Below the pieces are notes generated by a model. That model saw only the letters and a list, made by a program, of their open reading frames with translations. It was not told the DNA's origin and searched no databases. Positions 62,162 through 64,000 of a stretch of 64,000 bases of DNA are shown piece by piece. The DNA is taken from assembly GCF_006345805.1 (NCBI RefSeq), contig NC_043002.1:81902001-81966000 (forward strand), written 5' to 3'. The stretch's first letter is position 1. Every line of letters begins with the position of its first letter. The translations under genes and the position numbers were made by a program. Source of the DNA: Octopus sinensis (taxonomy: Eukaryota).

Positions 62162-62637
62162 CATACACACATATGCATATGCATAGTACATACCTGTACA
62201 TAGTATATTTATATATGTTTATGTATATATATATATGTAATGCTTTTCAAGCATTTTGCCTGCAATTTTCATGAATTCTTTAATATATTTTAATCATATT
62301 TAGTTACATATCCTATCTGTTTGAAAAGAAATCTTGTTTTTCTTTAATGCCTATATTAATGAAGTAGTGTGTGTATGTGTGTGATTAAATGAATACATAT
62401 TAAACTAATCATGTTCACAAGAAAACAAACTGTTAGATTTCTCAATTTGAAGAATTAATTTATGGAGATGATTTTTACAATGTTTATTTTTAATACCTAA
62501 CTCAAGGCAACAATCTGTTTTCTTTCATTAAATAATGTGTAATTTATATATGGTAACATAATTTAGTTGGTTTGAATTTTAGAGAAATATTATGTATATT
62601 TATTTATATATATGTATATGTGTGTGTATATGTGTGT

Positions 62638-62689
<52 letters not shown>

Positions 62690-62968
62690 TTCTTTTCGTT
62701 TTGGAAATTGAATTTTGATTGTTGTTTACGGTATAATTAGGCCATTAATTCAGTTGATTGAAAATTCCTGTGTAATGAAATTATGCTTATACAACATTTT
62801 TGTTTCTTCGTCCTCCACCTACTCCCACCTCACTCCAATAACTCGTCCTGCAATTCTTATACCTTAAATCAGTTAAACTTTCTCAAGATAGACGAAATGA
62901 ATTGCACTATTTGTGCATGCATGCATGCATTGTTTTCATGTGTGAACATGTGAAGGTTTTTATTTGTG

Positions 62969-63175
62969 TATGAGTGTGATGCTGAAAAGTCCCTGGCCTT
63001 GGGTGAAAGAAAAAACAGGAGGATCAGTTAATTATGATTTTATTCTCAGATTCATGCACTTATTGCAGTGATCCTTCAGTTTTTCTAAACCCTATAAAAG
63101 AACTAGGAACATTGGGCCCCCAATCAGGTCTTTTGTGATACTCTTAAGTCAGGAACTTTTCATCACCCTCTCATA
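62969..63175. mobile_element. Mariner-type MITE, TA-flanked
   Basis: Imperfect ~30-bp TIRs TATGAGTGTGATGCTGAAAAGTCCCTGGCCTT / AAGTCAGGAACTTTTCATCACCCTCTCATA. Confidence 0.7.
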
Positions 63176-63509
63176 TGTGTGTGTATTTGCCTATAATATA
63201 GGAGGTAATGTGCGAATATTAATTGAATATGCTAGTATTTACTCTAGATGCTCTCAGCTATATACACTATTAATGCTTCATGGCATAAATATGTTACCTC
63301 GTACTCATAGAAGATAGGACACAGGTGATGGTGTCAGATGATATTCTTTCCTCATAAGCATTATTGATGATTTGAATAAGAAGGTTGCCTGTGGGATGGG
63401 GATAGAAACTTGGTTTCTCTTCCCAACCCCAAATCACAAACCATTTTTCTTAGTGCTAGATAGATAGATAGATAAATAGGTCTATAATTTAACCAAGCTC
63501 TTCAAACCC

Positions 63510-63905
63510 TGTCACACCATCCGAACCTATGCCACCCTCATTTCCATGGTTGCATGTTGAGGTGGAATTTCTACAGTTGGATGCCCTATCTGTTGCCAAC
63601 CTTGTCCTGTTTCTAAATAAGCTAATATTTTTTCATGATCAGACATGTTTTGGATGAATGAAAATGCAGGGCATCGTGTGCATGACGGTGACAATCACTT
63701 ACAACTATCACATAATGTCAAAGCAAAGAGACAGTAATGCATGCGCACACATACACAAAGCAGGCTTCACCAAATCTACTCACTAGGCTCCAGTTGGCCC
63801 AAGGCTTTAGTAGATGACACTTGCCTAAGGTGCCACACAGTGGGAGTGAACCTGAAGCCGTGTGGTTGGGCAGCAAGCTTCTTGCCTACCACACTCAATC
63901 GTGCC
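63510..63905 (-). mobile_element. SINE A2 (family A head with alternative 3' module)
   Basis: Same layout as 53820-54270 in reverse orientation. Confidence 0.7.
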
Positions 63906-64000
63906 TGCACTTGTGTGTGTGTGTGTGTGCGTGAATGTATATGTGTGTGCCTGCACAAATATTGATTTGTATTTTTTCTTTCAATAAAACACTTTTTGAG

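Noticed and set aside
965-63965. ORF track entries of 60-186 aa as protein-coding genes
   Set aside because: They translate microsatellites (poly-HT, -YI, -SL, -CV), SINE bodies or low-complexity tracts; none has a recognisable domain or coding-like composition.
1-64000. CRISPR array, rRNA or prokaryotic operon
   Set aside because: The sequence is eukaryotic repeat-rich DNA; no regularly spaced repeat-spacer array or rRNA-like sequence was seen.

Overview
This is AT-rich, repeat-dense eukaryotic DNA. The SINE and MITE families are ones I recall from octopus (coleoid cephalopod) genomes; this is an inference from memory, not a database result. No full-length protein-coding gene can be supported. 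Almost all ORFs in the supplied track come from microsatellites, SINEs or low-complexity sequence. The only recognisable protein sequence is the C-terminus of a decayed mariner transposase (5.2-5.6 kb), rearranged into an 87-bp foldback. The window contains dozens of tRNA-type SINE copies in four modular families (my labels A-D), several nested with clear target-site duplications (TSDs). It also holds TTAA-flanked (piggyBac-type), 8-bp-TSD (hAT-type) and TA-flanked (mariner-type) MITEs and many microsatellites. Two CpG-retaining, promoter-like zones (~9.2-19.9 kb and ~42.3-44.4 kb) suggest the rest is methylated intronic DNA of large genes; only isolated candidate exons are visible. The most interesting observation is a ~190-bp element present three times next to (TA)n/(TG)n tracts. 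Its minus strand carries a minimal type-I hammerhead-ribozyme-like motif of the Penelope-associated kind, with a non-canonical U at core position 6. Activity is untested.
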